Position numbers and translations under genes: made by a program. Shown here in pieces: positions 49,248 through 63,185 of a stretch of 64,000 nucleotides of DNA. Every line of letters begins with the position of its first letter. Position 1 is the stretch's first letter. The stretch is from Sphagnum compactum (taxonomy: Eukaryota): contig OZ234493.1 in assembly GCA_965153455.1 (NCBI GenBank), positions 29,068,213 through 29,132,212 on the forward strand, in the 5' to 3' direction. The notes beneath the pieces were generated by a model, which saw nothing but the letters and a program-made list of their open reading frames with translations, was not told the DNA's origin and did no database searches.

Positions 49248-51727
49248 GTAGGCTTGCACAAAACTGCAATGTTGGATATTACTTGTAGAAGGGCCAGTGG
49301 TTGCTGTTGATGGATTTTTCTAGTATGTCAGAGAGTTTCAAAAGAGGGGTTTTGCAGAAATTACTGACCTCCTAGAAGTGCTTAAAAATGTATTCAAGCT
49401 GCAGAAAGAGGATTACTTTTGCATGTCAAAAAACTCCTTAATTGAAACTCCTTAGATTACTACGGTGCCTGCTTGCAGCAGACCTTGAATTACGCGCAGC
49501 TTCCCTACTTAAAATTGAATGCAGCTTGTCAGATGGGTGCCTGTACAACGGGCATTTCATTTTGGAGCTCTGTTACACAGGAGCCCTCAGCTGATTTGTG
49601 ATCGATCTGCAATCCTAGACTCTGGATCGATCTACAATAGGATCGGTAGTAGCTAGCTGGTATTAATGAAAAAGCTCTAGCGTCTGGTGTCTGGTTCAGC
49701 CTGTTTGTAGCTGTCTATATATGTAGCCAAAATGCAATAGTAAAGATTGAAAGTGCTAAAATCATGTTCTTTTTGAAATTAGTCAGAATTCGAAAAATTT
49801 AAGAAAAATCGCTAATTTTTTTTACATGGTTCAAGTAGGGAGCCAAAACTATAGAAAGATGTTTTTAAAAATTTCACTTTAATATTTAGCTTGTAGCCAA
49901 ATTTGGCTAAATCTTAAAAAAATCTTCACCTGTATATATCTTCACCACTTTGGCTGTAAAACAAAATTGCCAAAAAAACACTGGTCTAGTTACTTACTTC
50001 TGGTAATTAAACCATGCGCTCTGTCTGCAGTGTGTTCTCACTATGCTCCTGAGGAGTTCCCATGAACTTCCCAACGCGTTTGCTAAGTTAACAATGTGTT
50101 CCCCAAGCTGTTCCCAATATCACCACACTTTTGTCCCATATGATTTACCCAAAGTTGAGCTTTTATAGATATAAACTGTAAAAGGGGGCCACATGGAAGC
50201 ACCTCCATCCTCTAGTTTGGGGAATGCCCAATGCTTCAATAAAGATTGTGATGGTGCAATCAAAGTGGTTCATTAGCACTTATTTAAAAACAAAACCTGG
50301 GTGCCCCCAACTAATTAACAAGGGGCGTGTCACACTGTGGCCTTGCCATTTACATTAAAAAGTATCTTAAGGAAAAAGGAAGAATGATGGAAAACTCAAA
50401 TATTTCACCATGCAAAAATACAATCTTCAAAAAATCCTCTAAAAGAAACCAAAATCCTTCAAGATATTATAACTCTGTACCTAATCTCAAGTTTCAACAC
50501 AAGCCAAAAATATCATCTTAAAAAAATCCTCATATAAAAATAGACCTGGCTATTACCTAGGGTCCAAAATCCCTTAAGCTACTATACTCTATAATGAATC
50601 TAAACACAATATCCTTGCCTTGGTAGGCAAAGCCAATAGAAGCAACAATAATATGTACTCACGCTGGAATCGGTAGCCAAGAATAGAAAAGGATTCTCCT
50701 TTTTAAAAAACTTTCACATCTGGTCTATTCACATTTGGCTAATTCTTTTTCCAAATTACTGCCGCTTTGCTACATCACAGAATCGAAAACAAAACACTGA
50801 CCCTGATTCTATATAAGTTTTAGATTCTATTAAAATGCTATTAATCTGTTCAAAGATCATATGAATTGAAGCTCAGTGACATCTGGGGGTTTTGCAATCG
50901 AGATGCAGCACACATTTTCGAAGGCATCCTAAATTAATGGTACACTAGAAAAGTAATCTAAAATTAATTTCAACAAAAGTTTTGGTACACTGAACTGCCT
51001 TATTTTACCATGCTTAGAAGTTAAGACCCCAGGGCGTTATATATTAATGTCAGTTGCACCATCATGTACTTGCAGGAGCAAGTTGAGGAGTATTAATGGC
51101 TAGCTAGGTTGGGAAAATCAAAGAAAGAAAGACATGATGCGCATATATAGTACGATAAAGGTCATGCTGAAGGAGAACAAATCTCCTTCCAGCCCTCATG
51201 AGTCATGACAGGTTTTTGGTTTCTGATTTGTATTAACCTGCACAGCTGAAAGCCTTAATGTATTATAGAATGGTCAAGCCCCTGCCCATTACGTCGTTGG
51301 CAAGATGTCAAATTCTCACTAGTGGGCTCTGTCCAGTGCTTTTTAGGACTTGTATTTTTGTTTTCCTTGTTTGATTCTACTCCTAACCATGCTGCACGAT
51401 TTTACATGTTCTGCAAGTTTTGTAAAAAGATTATAGAAAAGAATATATATATTTTTGCATGTTTTACTGTCTCAGCTTGAAATCAAACACTGAACATGAG
51501 TTTTTTATTTATTTAGCATACCTGCAGGATCAAAACAATCAAAGTTTATGTCAGCAATCAGATAACTAAACATTGTCATTCACTTTTTTGTGTCAAATAA
51601 TACTCATGAGGGTGTTTAGTATCTTTTATTATGTTAGGTGAAGTTGCATGCAAGCCTGTTAGGGGACACCGGGTGAAGCACTCAACATTAATGAGAAAAT
51701 GCATAATCATCACTGGAAGATTCACAA

Positions 51728-52124
51728 ACCTCGAATCACTCACTATTTAGGATGTACAGGGACCATTCCATGACATTACAGTCTAGGGTGGCAGAATCAA
51801 CAATTTTTTTTATTAAAAAGAAATCATGTGCAACAAAGATTTCGGTCACTATTATTAAAAGTGTATAATCATCACTGGAAAATTATGTAATATAATGTGA
51901 TCAAGGAAAAAGACATAATCTCCCAACGTAGACCTTAAGGGTGGGAGACTCAACAATTTACTAAAAAAGAAAACATGTGCAACAAACATTTTGTCACTGT
52001 TATTACAAATGTATAATCCACCACTGGAAGATCAGGTCATATAATGTCAAGAAAATGATATAATCTGCCACCCAACTCGACCTTAATGTTCCCTGCATGT
52101 ACTAATTAGTGAGTGATTCGAGGT
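51728..52124. mobile_element. Foldback element: 40-bp inverted arms enclosing two tandem copies of the MITE-like repeat
   Basis: ACCTCGAATCACTCACTATTTAGGATGTACAGGGACCATT versus AATGTTCCCTGCATGTACTAATTAGTGAGTGATTCGAGGT. Confidence 0.75.
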
Positions 52125-54620
52125 GTATTGCAAGATGTGCGAAGTGGAAAGGTGCTGGTGGAGCTGGAGACCACTACTAACTTAGCTACAGCAGTGCTAG
52201 ACTACTAGTCATGTGCACTGATCACGTGGGATATAAACAACAACTGCCTCAAAATGGGGTTTACTTGTACTGCACTGTTTTCTTTCGTAAAGCTGCTGCT
52301 GCACGGAACTTGCACCCGATTGGTTGATACTCAGCAGCTGGCAGCGCATTTGCAGCTGCCATGGATGCAGATGACACGGCATTGTGAACAACTAGACACA
52401 CAGACACACCCCACACACAAGGAGTTGACTTCAGGTTTCAGGCTCATGATCATGTATGTTGATTTCATTTACATGGAGCGCTACCTAGCTCTGTTATGTG
52501 GGCCTCAGATTTGCACTAGAATCCTTTGAGTCAACTAGTGCCAAATTAACTGTGGACTTTAACTCTTTAACTTGACCAGCTAGTTCTTTTTCCTTTTTCA
52601 GAGATCCTTCAGTCCTAGCTTTTGAGTCTAAATTTTTTTTATGGTTCTTTGGTGCAGGTTTGAGTTCAGTTTCCCAAAAGTTTAAACCCTACAATTTCGG
52701 TTTTGGCACATTTTTTCAAATTCTACAATCTTTGAACTCAGTTTTAAAATTGAGACTCCTATTTTTATGTATGTACACATTACACACTCCCCAAGAGTAG
52801 ATATTGTATAGGTACTTAGTTTATCAACAGATAAAACTGGAAATTGTAAAGTCTACGTCCCTACTTGCCAACTTTTCGGAAAAGTTCATCTTACTCACCT
52901 AAAGAACATGAACCTTTTTTCAAGGTTCAGGTTTCAATTTCTATTCTAGCAAAATGGTAGTTACCAATCCAACTCTTATGCCTGGGTTCCAGCAAAAGGG
53001 TGCCGTTTCAGGTCCAAGTCACAAGAATCTGAACCGCAGATTTAACACTTCAAACCGGGGAACCAAGCTTGGCTCCAGAAGGTTCCTCTTCAGGTGCAGG
53101 TCACAAGAACCTAAACCCGGCCAGGTTTAACACTCCAGACTCCAAACCGAGGAGCCTGCCAACACTGGTTTATAAATTCAATTTCGGGTGGCATTGACTC
53201 GGTGCCCAGCTAATTTGGTACAATTTATAATTCGTCTGCGAGGGTCGCCGAAGCTACGACTGCAGCTCGGGCGGGGTGTGCAAGCCGGGATGGCAAAACA
53301 CTTGCTGGAATAGACTAGCCAGCAACTAACTCTCGAATCTTGTGATGATCATGTTTTTCATAACACGCGACCTTGTCATAATACGAAGCCTTCTATAACC
53401 ATCCTTTCCGGACTGTAGTAAGTACTCATTAAATTTTGCAAGCACTGATCTAGAATTGCAAAAACCTAATTGTGATTAGCTAACGGATGAAGAGTACAAA
53501 TACTAGTCTTGGAGGCTCATGCACCCTTGCTTGCAGGGTAGCATCAAATTACAATCGCGAAATAGCACTATCTAGACACTGATCATGTGATTTTTAGTTT
53601 TAGCAATGGAACAATTCCTTTGAAATCAGCTCAAGCTACTGCAGAGTACTGATGCATATGCTGTGGACAGTGTGAATCCCTGCAGAATTTTGATGCCAGA
53701 TTTCTCAGACTATTTACCAATATAAACAGATCAAACACTAGTGCAGTTTCAAGCACCCAATCTTCGCAACAGAAAAGAAATATCAAATGTTAACAAGTAA
53801 GTATTACAGTTGGAGATTTAGCATTAACAATGGCGTCATGAGATACGAACAAGCTCGTCGCAATTTTAAATCTACATCATTAAAGAATGCATGATCCTGT
53901 AAATATAGGGCCTCCTCACGCGCAGCACAAACTCACAGTGTAGCAGCCGAGTCTCGATCATCACGAGGTACAGATTTAGCTAGTGCCCATTTTCTGAGCC
54001 TAGATGATGGATCATTCCGATGATCTCCTCTCCGACTCGATCACGCGGATTAAACGGAATTGGGTATAGTTTTTCTAAACATTTCTGGCTTAGGGTAGCA
54101 GTCAGATTATATGTTCTAGTGCAGATTAAAGCTTGAAAGTTTTTCTTGTAGACCTTGAGTAATATATATTCCTGATAATCATATCCTACGCCTGATGATT
54201 TGCGTGAATCTAAATCTACGCTCTCAGCTAGCTAGTATTGTGATCTATTTCTTAAAAGCGCACCCCGCGATTTGCAGACTACATTTAAATAACATTTACA
54301 GCAGCTGGATTTAGTTCAAGCTGTAACCCCTATAATTAGTTTTATATTGTGGTTGCAGCTGCGCGTCTCGCGGACCAGCTGCTTCCAGAAGCTAGCTGCT
54401 GCAACATGATCATTGCTGCGCTGTGCCAAGTGGAGCTTAATCATCTCGTGCAGCTTGGTCCAAATTAGCTCCGGCGGCTTTGAGCAGAAGAAGAAGAATA
54501 TGGGCGCGGCATCAGGAAACTTTGGTTTAGAAGAATATTATGTATCATGAGCAGCTTCTGCAGCAACCTGATATTGATCCGGTCTTTAGCTGTAAAGCGG
54601 ATATTGTGTGCACCAGCTAG

Positions 54621-55771
54621 CTACGGCATGTAAAGCATGTTTCCACACTGACATCTCCAGACCTCAGGGTAGTATTCTTGCTCTGTAATTGTTACACGAG
54701 GAGCAGCTATGATGACATGCACCGGCTTACACGGTTGGCAAAGACCGCATTTCCCTCGACATGTTGGAGGAGAGGAACCAATTAGCAGCCGGTGAGAATG
54801 CTGCTGTTGTTCGTGACTATAACTTGGTTGCAGCAGTTTCTTGTCTTTCCAGACCCTGAACGTATCATGACCGCGGATTCCATTCTGCACACAGTCCACG
54901 GGAGACAAGACATCAAGAATTAGCTAAACCAATTTGAACCACGCACGACTCTTGAAAGACGCTTGTGTCTCACGTATTCACAATCATCTGCTATCCCTTT
55001 CATAAGCGAAGAGACAGTTAGCCATCTTCAGCTAGTCCTCTATTCCCATCCCTTGCTTGTCAAGAGACCGCGGGTACTCTTGCACCCTGCAACAGTGATC
55101 CCGAATCCTCTGTCTCTCTCAAGACTTTTTCCAGGAACTAGATAACTTAAAAGATGTTTCTGTTCATGGTACAAATGCTCCTTGATCCGGATTCCGACCT
55201 GAGAGGAGGAAATTAGTACCTGTTGCAACTGGTGGGGATTTTGTATCTTGTTGTCTAATTCAGACGCCGCGACGCCATGAATCGTTTCCGCAAAATGGTA
55301 CTCAGCGCTGGCTTCAGCCGGTCCTTCTGAGATCCATTGTCCCGTTGCGCCTACAGCCCATAGAACCAAGCGGTTAAGACGTTTATCAACAGCTTACAGT
55401 CAGAAGAAGGTAAGAAAGCAACAATCGCCGAACGTCCGAGGGAGAATGAAATCGTCAGAACTACACTGTTGCACTAAGTGTGGGGATAAAGGGGGTCTGT
55501 CGACTTTCGTGAACTTCAGCTTACGCACGACATATGCTCGACATGAGTTCATGAGATCAGACCTCCCAGAGAACCGGAATTGCATGAATCCAGGGTTCAG
55601 TTCAGCATGCCCATGAGGATGCAGTATAAGAGAGTGCGACGACGACTTACCGGCAGCTGGATCTCGCCGTCCTCCGAAGACGAGCGCCGGAAATGTTGTC
55701 AAGAAGAGGATGGTCCAGCAGCAGCTTAAGGTCATAGCCATTCCCGAAATCGTCAGCCCAGTTTCCTTCAT
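54621..55771 (-). CDS. EPIDERMAL PATTERNING FACTOR-like secreted Cys-rich peptide precursor, EPFL4/5/6 (CHALLAH) type; exons 55771-55651, 55350-55220, 54884-54621 (171 aa)
   Basis: Hydrophobic signal peptide ([19 protein letters not shown]). Mature domain [23 protein letters not shown]...[18 protein letters not shown] has 6 conserved Cys. Splice sites are phase-consistent; the start could be 55741. Confidence 0.9.
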
Positions 55772-57109
55772 TCTCAAGTTTGTATTAGCTCGTAACGGAT
55801 CGACCTGCAGGAAGAACCCATGAACACGAGATGAGTAGTAAATCCTGTACATCTTTTGAGCTACTGTCTCGATGCGTACTCTTTGAAGTTCTTAGAAGTT
55901 GCTGCTCTAGCTAGAATTGAGCTCAAACCGAGGTTAACAACAAAGAATTCGCATTTTGAAAACTCCAAGCGAGCTGCTCTTCTAATCCAAAAGTTTGGCT
56001 CCCTGAGAACTTTAGGCTCCCAATGATGCATTAGTTTGTTTTTGCACAGCACTAGGACCTTCAAGTAGATTTGAGGAAAGCTGCAGCTCCAATTTCAGAG
56101 ACCATTTTCCAGAAGCTATATTACTCATTACGCTGCACTACTACCATCCCGCTAGCTGCTACCGCGACGTACTGACCTTCAAAGGTCTGCAATTTCTCAG
56201 GTCCCCGGCAGCTCTGGCCTTCCTGTAGTGGATTCGGCGAGCAGAGGAGGATTAAGGAAGCAAAACACGATCCAGCTGCCCTCTCAAGAAAGGAAGTTTG
56301 GAAGATACTGCAACTGCAGCTCTGTAGACGCAGCAAGACTAGAAGAGGATCACGTCCTTGTATGCAAGTTTTGGTGGAGCTCTGAGCTGCTGTCCCCGGC
56401 GTAGAACTATCTGATATAATTCTCTGCTTATATCTATGTGTTCCTCCCATTCAAACAGCTGCTGCCGCGTGCATCATGAGCAAGCTCACACCTGGAGTTC
56501 TGCGTGAACGTCCAACACCTTTTCAAGACTTAGTTGAATCTGCTACAAGTTTCCATTCCCATCTTTTTCCTGTCCCCCGGCACTTGTGGATTCTTGCATA
56601 AGCGCGTCGACACTAACGAAGTTCCGCTGTGAAATCTCTCGATCGAAGATATCTTGAAATTGCAATCGATGTCCAGCCACCCTTTCATCTATGGAAGACT
56701 CCGCCGCACGCAATCCCAACTGCTTTCGCCGCGGCCGGTGTGACTGCAACGCATAATTCTTAACCCCTTAGTACTGCACCCAGAACCTTGCCCCAAAAGA
56801 CACGCCACCGACTCCTTCCGGCCTTCAGTCCCCAGCCCAAGCTCCGTCTGTCTCTGTCTCTGTCTCACTTGTGTCTTGATGTCGTCTGCAGCACGCCCAT
56901 TTGCAATAAAAGCACAGAACACTAGATGTACTCTCACGCCAGCAGAAACTGCGTAACCGCACACATAGACTTTCCGGACACGCGGCTCGATTGACAAAAC
57001 ACGAATCAACCAGCTGTGGTACAGTGCTACTTCAGATGTTGCACGCGGATACGACCCACAACAATGTCTCTCTAGATACAGCTAATAATTCTTCCCAGTT
57101 TTCCCGACA

Positions 57110-57142
57110 TTCCTCCTCCTCCTCCTCCTCCTCCTCCTCCTC
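57110..57142. repeat. (CCT)n microsatellite
   Basis: Uninterrupted TCC/CCT run. Confidence 0.95.
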
Positions 57143-60100
57143 ACACTAGTCTCCAGATTTGTGAACTCAATTTCTAGTCCCCTTAGCGCTCCACCCCTCG
57201 CTCCAACTAAAACGTCGAGAAACAAACGCAACTTCAATTCTTTTCAAGATCATACAGACGAACGGACAGACAGACAGAAACCGGATCAATGAGTACTCGT
57301 ACATACCAGGACCAAATTCCCCTGATTCCCACTAGTTATAACTACTTAGCTCGCTTGCAGCTGATTCCTAGATCTGCATCCTCTAGTTCACATACACGCA
57401 CTGCCGATATATAATTGTCGACGCTGCAAAAACAAAACAAAATCAAGAATCTCGTCCTGCAATAGCTCTACTACAGTGTGCTACTGCTCCCCAGCTCAGC
57501 TAGCTAGAAATTATTCTAATATATATACGTGTCGATCAGCTCTGCTAGAAATTAGCTCATCATTTTCTAGTTAGCTAGCTAGAGCTAGCTAGATTCAACA
57601 TGATGATGCTAGTTGCAACGACAATGCAATGAATGTGAAATGACCAGCCGCTTGCTGGCTTGCTAAGCTAGCTTGAACTAGATCAGCTGCATTAACAAAG
57701 ATGATCTCCCCGTAACTTTGCAAGAGCTAGAAATGCTGATCAGGATCGAGAGAGTAGGAATCGGTAGACTAGTAGTGCAACTAGTTCAGAGTGAATGGGA
57801 TTCTTTTCTTTTCTTTCTTTCTTTCTTTCTTTTTTTGCATCCTGCAGCCTGTTTGGTTGCGGTACCTACGACTGTAGAGCATGACAGTCACAGTACTGGA
57901 CTGGACTGCTGAAGCTGTCTGCTGGTCGGTCGGTTACTGCCCCCTCCTCCGGGTATCAGGAAGGTTCTTAAGGTTCATAACCATGATTAGCAAAAAGTCA
58001 TATGCTTGCAGATTTCTTTATATACTAACCCTAGCACCTGTTCACTTTCTCGACAAATTCGAGAAAATCACACAACCGACCAGACAGAACACCACTGATT
58101 TTGGCCAGTTCTTCTTTTATTAAAACTGGTGTAGGTATCTTTGAGATTTTTGAAATACTGGGAGTCGACTCGATTTTGGATTTTGTTTTTTTAAAATCAA
58201 CAATCCCAAACTGACGAGTTGGAGACAACTCTCCAATTTTGAAACCCGAGGCTATTTTATTAACAAAACCAAATACCCGCCCAACACTGCTCTCGACTTT
58301 CTGCTGCAACTAGCATCTCTCTGAGGCGTGGGCCAGCGCTGACAATAATTTTTCTTTCCTCCCCGGGCCCCGAGGCTACATTTTTGTTTGTTTCTAATAA
58401 TTTCTTCCCCACCCCCAATGCTAAGTAAAGGGGGGATCACCAGCCGAGCCGACAACAACACTCACTACTGTCCCTGAGAGCCTCTTTCTTTCTTTCTGTC
58501 TTTCTCCCTGATCTCAGTAATAAAATCATCTTACTGTCTTTCTGCCAGCACCCTTCAGACTCCAATGGTTCTGGACTTCGGACTGATCATGGGTAACTGG
58601 CATGATGCCACCAGTTACCAGCTAATTTCCTGGCATGACCTACTGTAATGAGAATTGAGATGACCTCTTTTCCTCCAATGAGATCCATGAAGAGGACGAT
58701 TATTACATTTTTATCCAAGAAGCCACAGGGTTAGGGAATCATTTTGCCAACGAGAGTCTACATTACTACCTTGTGCCCAGTATTTAGATCACGAACAAAC
58801 CAAGGTTGGAGGTTTGTTATGTGTCCGTTGTGACCTAATAGCCAAATCAGGGCATTGAGATTCTCATTATGGTTGGTTCAGTAATCTGTTGTATCTCACA
58901 AAGGTGGTGGGATGATGCTTATAAATTTTTATTGCTATGAACCAGCCTTTTTGTTATTGGCAATTTTTTTTGTCAAACAGAAAAAAATAATATGGAAATG
59001 AAGTGGTTTCGGAGGTTTACAATCACCAGAAATAAGAGAGAAAAAGTAAAAATTGTCAGATTTCTATATTTGATTTTTGATGTGTAGTGAAAAATATAGA
59101 ATGATGATTAAAAATTTGTTCTTCATGTTTTCTATAATAATAGCCAGATTTGGCAAAATATTCCTAAGGATGATAGCCACTTTTTCTATATCTTCCTATC
59201 GAGGATCACCACTTGGGCTACAAACAAAAATTCCGAAAAAAAACACTGCTGTGGACCCCTTTTAAATATGTTGTTGCTGAATTATTTATAACGTGGATCC
59301 CATTATATGTTTGTTAGTTGGGGGGGTTTACTTTGGGGCTTGCCACAGAATAGGGTGGAATGGAGGCAAAAGCACCCCCACACTGATGCAAACTAGGTTA
59401 TGAATTTGTTAGTATCCCTTTGGGGAGCAAATAATTTCTGATTGAGAAAAGTGTGTACACATACATCTGAGTAACTACTGTTATTGTCTTATGTAGGAGA
59501 TAAGATCCAGAGGAGAAGAATTATAGTATGATATTGCGATACACATGATGGTTGGTGGGTTCACCGGGTTGGTTTCTGGAGTTTGTTTTGGTGCTTGTTA
59601 GAATGGGGGAGAATGGCCATAAAGTACCACATTGCTGCACTTGGGTATTAGTAGAGCACTAATTTTTCAATTTTAATTAGTATCCCTTTTGGGAACCAAA
59701 ATTATTTTTGTCTGAAAAAGTGAGTACACAACTTCTACTACCGTCATTATTGTTTCCAGTAGAAGAAGAAGAAGAAATCTGTGTATCCTGTATCGTTGGC
59801 TGCTATGGATTTCATCAAAAGGACCCAAGAGTTCCAGTACTAGAACCAGATTTAAGTGTTGCTGTGTCTTGTAGTTGAGTTCTTTATCTTGCCATAGATG
59901 ATGCCTGCTTGGTGTTGTTTTGTGGCTAGCTCGCAACAGTTTCCACAATATTACAGAAACAATATTTTGATGATAGCAGCTAGTGTTCAGACCAATGAGA
60001 ACATTGTCACTGCATCATGGGCCTTTGAAATTCAATCATGTTAGAATCCAAAAGGAGATAAGTAAACCCTAATTATTTTCCCATCTCAAATAAATCATTG

Positions 60101-60672
60101 AGCTCCTTCAAATGCAGGGATGATGATCCCTTGCAGGAGAGGGTGGGGAGGGGTGGGGATTGGGAATAGTCTAAATGGAAGATTGATTTGGGTTTCCTCT
60201 TGTTTTCACACCACACTTATTTTGAATATATTCCTATGTACTGACATGTTCTCTATTTTGTGTACAACAAAATTGTTGGATCCACAACTTGTGTTGGATG
60301 ACCCAATACTTTTGTTGGACCCAAAATAGAGAATAGGTTGGTGGGTATTGTTCTTAGTGTGACTTCTTTTGGGAGAGTTGTAGAGAGACCAAATTATGAC
60401 TTTCAGATGAAGTGAAGTATCAGCAGCACCACATACATGGTCAAATTCCAAACGTAAACAGACTTGGTCTCAGTTTATGTAGGTGTGTTTGTACGTACTC
60501 CAAGGAATCCTTTGATGCACAAACATCAAAAGGGCAGGAGAGTAAAGCCTGCACTTAGGTAAAAGTCTTCAGTTAGATAAAGGACTGAAGACTTTTCACC
60601 TGGAAGGACAGACAACAGGAGAGCATTCTTCAATACTTGAGTGAAGTGAGAACTCAGCAGGCTGAAGCAGGT

Positions 60673-60699
<27 letters not shown>
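60673..60699. repeat. (AC)n microsatellite
   Basis: Uninterrupted AC run. Confidence 0.95.
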
Positions 60700-60703
<4 letters not shown>

Positions 60704-61228
60704 TTATATGTGTGTGGTTCCTTATGACCTAGCCCCAACTAACCTTCTGCAGCACCTATTGAACAATTTTTAATTCCTTCATCACTTTGTATGCCAGGGT
60801 ATGATCATCCAGTTTCCAAAGAATATGCAATGGTTTCTAAAGGCTCAAATTTCATATGCCGGGGGACTTTTTCCTTTTGTTTCTTTTTTCTTCTTGTGGG
60901 CAATAAGTTCTTTTGCTTGTCCGATGGTGTATATGGCGTGACACAATTGAAATGGATTGTGGCTATTTGTAGGGATTTGTTAGGCCGGGGGTTTGCTACT
61001 TATCCTACAGTCTATGATATGCCTGGTATAAAAAACAGAAGTTGTAAGTGGAGGTTTTCCACTGGAAATAGGGTCAAGACTCAAGAGATTCTGATATTAG
61101 TTCAATTTTTTTAATTTCCTTTTTGAATACATGTTATTCTATTTTTGCGAAATGAAAAGATAATAGTTGTAGTATTGTTTAATGATATCTTCTTTGGAGT
61201 TCTCTTGTTGTTTGGGTTTTTTTTGTTA

Positions 61229-61597
61229 ATGCATCTCGAGCAGTGCTTAGTATGTGACCCTGCAAAAATATTTCTCACATCCAAGTTTAGTTATTTATTT
61301 ATATTGAACCCCACCCATAAAACTAAAACTGAGACTGCAAATAGGTGGGAGACTACTACTAACAAACCACCTGGACCAACCATCATGGTTGGCCAATCAG
61401 ACACAGGGAGCAGCAGTCAGATCATATTTATTACACTCTTGTCTCGCAGGTGTTAGGCTTTGTTGTGCCTTTTACAAACCTCAGCAAATTGTGCAAAGAT
61501 GCTGGGCCAAAAGGAGTTTCTTGACCCAAACCAGAATGTTGATCTTCAACAAATCTTAATTTGCAGGGTCACATACTGGGCACAGGTGGAGTTCCTG
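61229..61597. mobile_element. PIF/Harbinger (Tourist-like) MITE
   Basis: TIRs ATGCATCTCGAGCAGTGCTTAGTATGTGACCCTGCAAA / TTTGCAGGGTCACATACTGGGCACAGGTGGAGTTCCTG, flanked by TTA on both sides. Confidence 0.78.
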
Positions 61598-62877
61598 TTA
61601 AAGAGTGTCCATATGCAAGGGTCTATCTTCATCCACGATGGAAGCTGAATGATTCTCATCTAATATGTCATGCCCTTCTGCATGGAGTTTAAGATGGACA
61701 ATTCCTATAGCTATAGGGCTTTGAAATGGATTGATTCATTTAGACTATTTTTGTGGCATTTTCTAATATATCCAAGCTGAAGTTATTCTTAGTAGTACAA
61801 CCTGGCTGATCCAAAGATTCTATAAACCTTACCAGGCTTTGAATACACAAAAATAAAGAAAACACTTTTGTCCCTTCCAATTGTATGTGGCAGAGTCCTA
61901 TGTATGCCATGATTTATTGCATTTTCTTTCATGATTTCTCTGCAGGGAAGTTTCTAAAATAGATCATATGTTCATCATGCTTTTTCCCAAAATTTTGTCA
62001 CTGAGATTTGTCTGGAATGTATGAAACTAGTAGCTATCACATTTATTTTATGTGGACTCCAAACCAAGAAAATTTTGAACTCTAGAACTTTGAAGAAATC
62101 AAGTCTAGATAGACTGAAGAGTCAACACCCATTTCACAATTTCTAGTGCCATTGACTTCTCTTCCTCTACAGGATAAGATGATTGCTTGTTCGTTTCAAA
62201 ATAGCTCTGACTATGAGCCAACTAGCTATTGAAGGAACCTAGAAATAAACTATGTTGGGGACTTTTGTAAACCTATCATCTATGTTCTTCGTACAAAGAA
62301 AATGCTGACTATTGCATATGTTCTTCTAATAGCAGTCAAGCTCGGCCATTGACCCAAAAATATCCCATGTAAGAAAAACACATATTGTGTCAAATATTAT
62401 ATACATCAATGCAAATTTTATGCCATCTTGTGAAATTTAAAGGGTGCATGTGAAAGGCCTTTGTTAAATTAGGGTTGTACAAATCAAAAGTTTGTCAAAA
62501 TCCAACAACCATGAAACAATGAAGGACAATCCTACTATAGACAATTGGGATCTATCACTGCTCTGAACATTGCCAAGGATCTTGGGTTTGCCATTTGTTG
62601 TTTGGTTAGTGACTTTTGTCACCATGGTGCATTACACTCTATTTCAACCATTGCTGAAAGTTGTTCATGCTTGCAGAGGAGTTCACCATTGCAAGTCTAC
62701 AATCAAGTAAACCCCATCATCATCCCTTCTAGCTTGGAAGGTATGTTGCCACCCTCCTTTCACCTACTACATGTAATAGGTAGCAATGATTTGATATGTC
62801 AATGGAAAGATCTTTTCAAAACATTTTTTTCCCCTTAAAATATTTTCAATTATATTAAAACAAGAAAGGTATGAAGC

Positions 62878-63185
62878 CCCCAAGTGGTAGGACTCATAAT
62901 TTGACAATTTTGGGATTCTTAATTGGAAATCATGGGAAAAAATGTTATTTGAATGTCAACCTTCACCAAAAATTGTAAAATATATTATAGGAAGGAGAAT
63001 GATGGATCCTACCAAGTCCAAACCATAGTGACGCTTGTGAGTTTGTGTTTGCCCATGATTCATCCATGCACCATTTTCATTTTAAATTACATTAATCGCC
63101 TTTTCTTTTTTATTTGGAAAATTTGACATGACCATGAGCTTGAATTAAAAATTCATCCCAATTATGTCTCAAAACTTGCATGCAT
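62878..63185 (+). repeat. Old diverged fragment related to the nested solo LTR
   Basis: Colinear similarity by eye to about 32015-32320 (AATTTTGG..CT, ATTTG.ATGT, TATAGG.AG, GCTTGTG.TT, CCAT.GCA.CA.TTTCATT). Confidence 0.5.

Noticed and set aside
60590..60672. Possible exon ending GCAG|GTACAC (KDRQQESILQYLSEVRTQQAEA)
   Set aside because: Short, with an upstream in-frame stop, and no partner exons or homology recognised.
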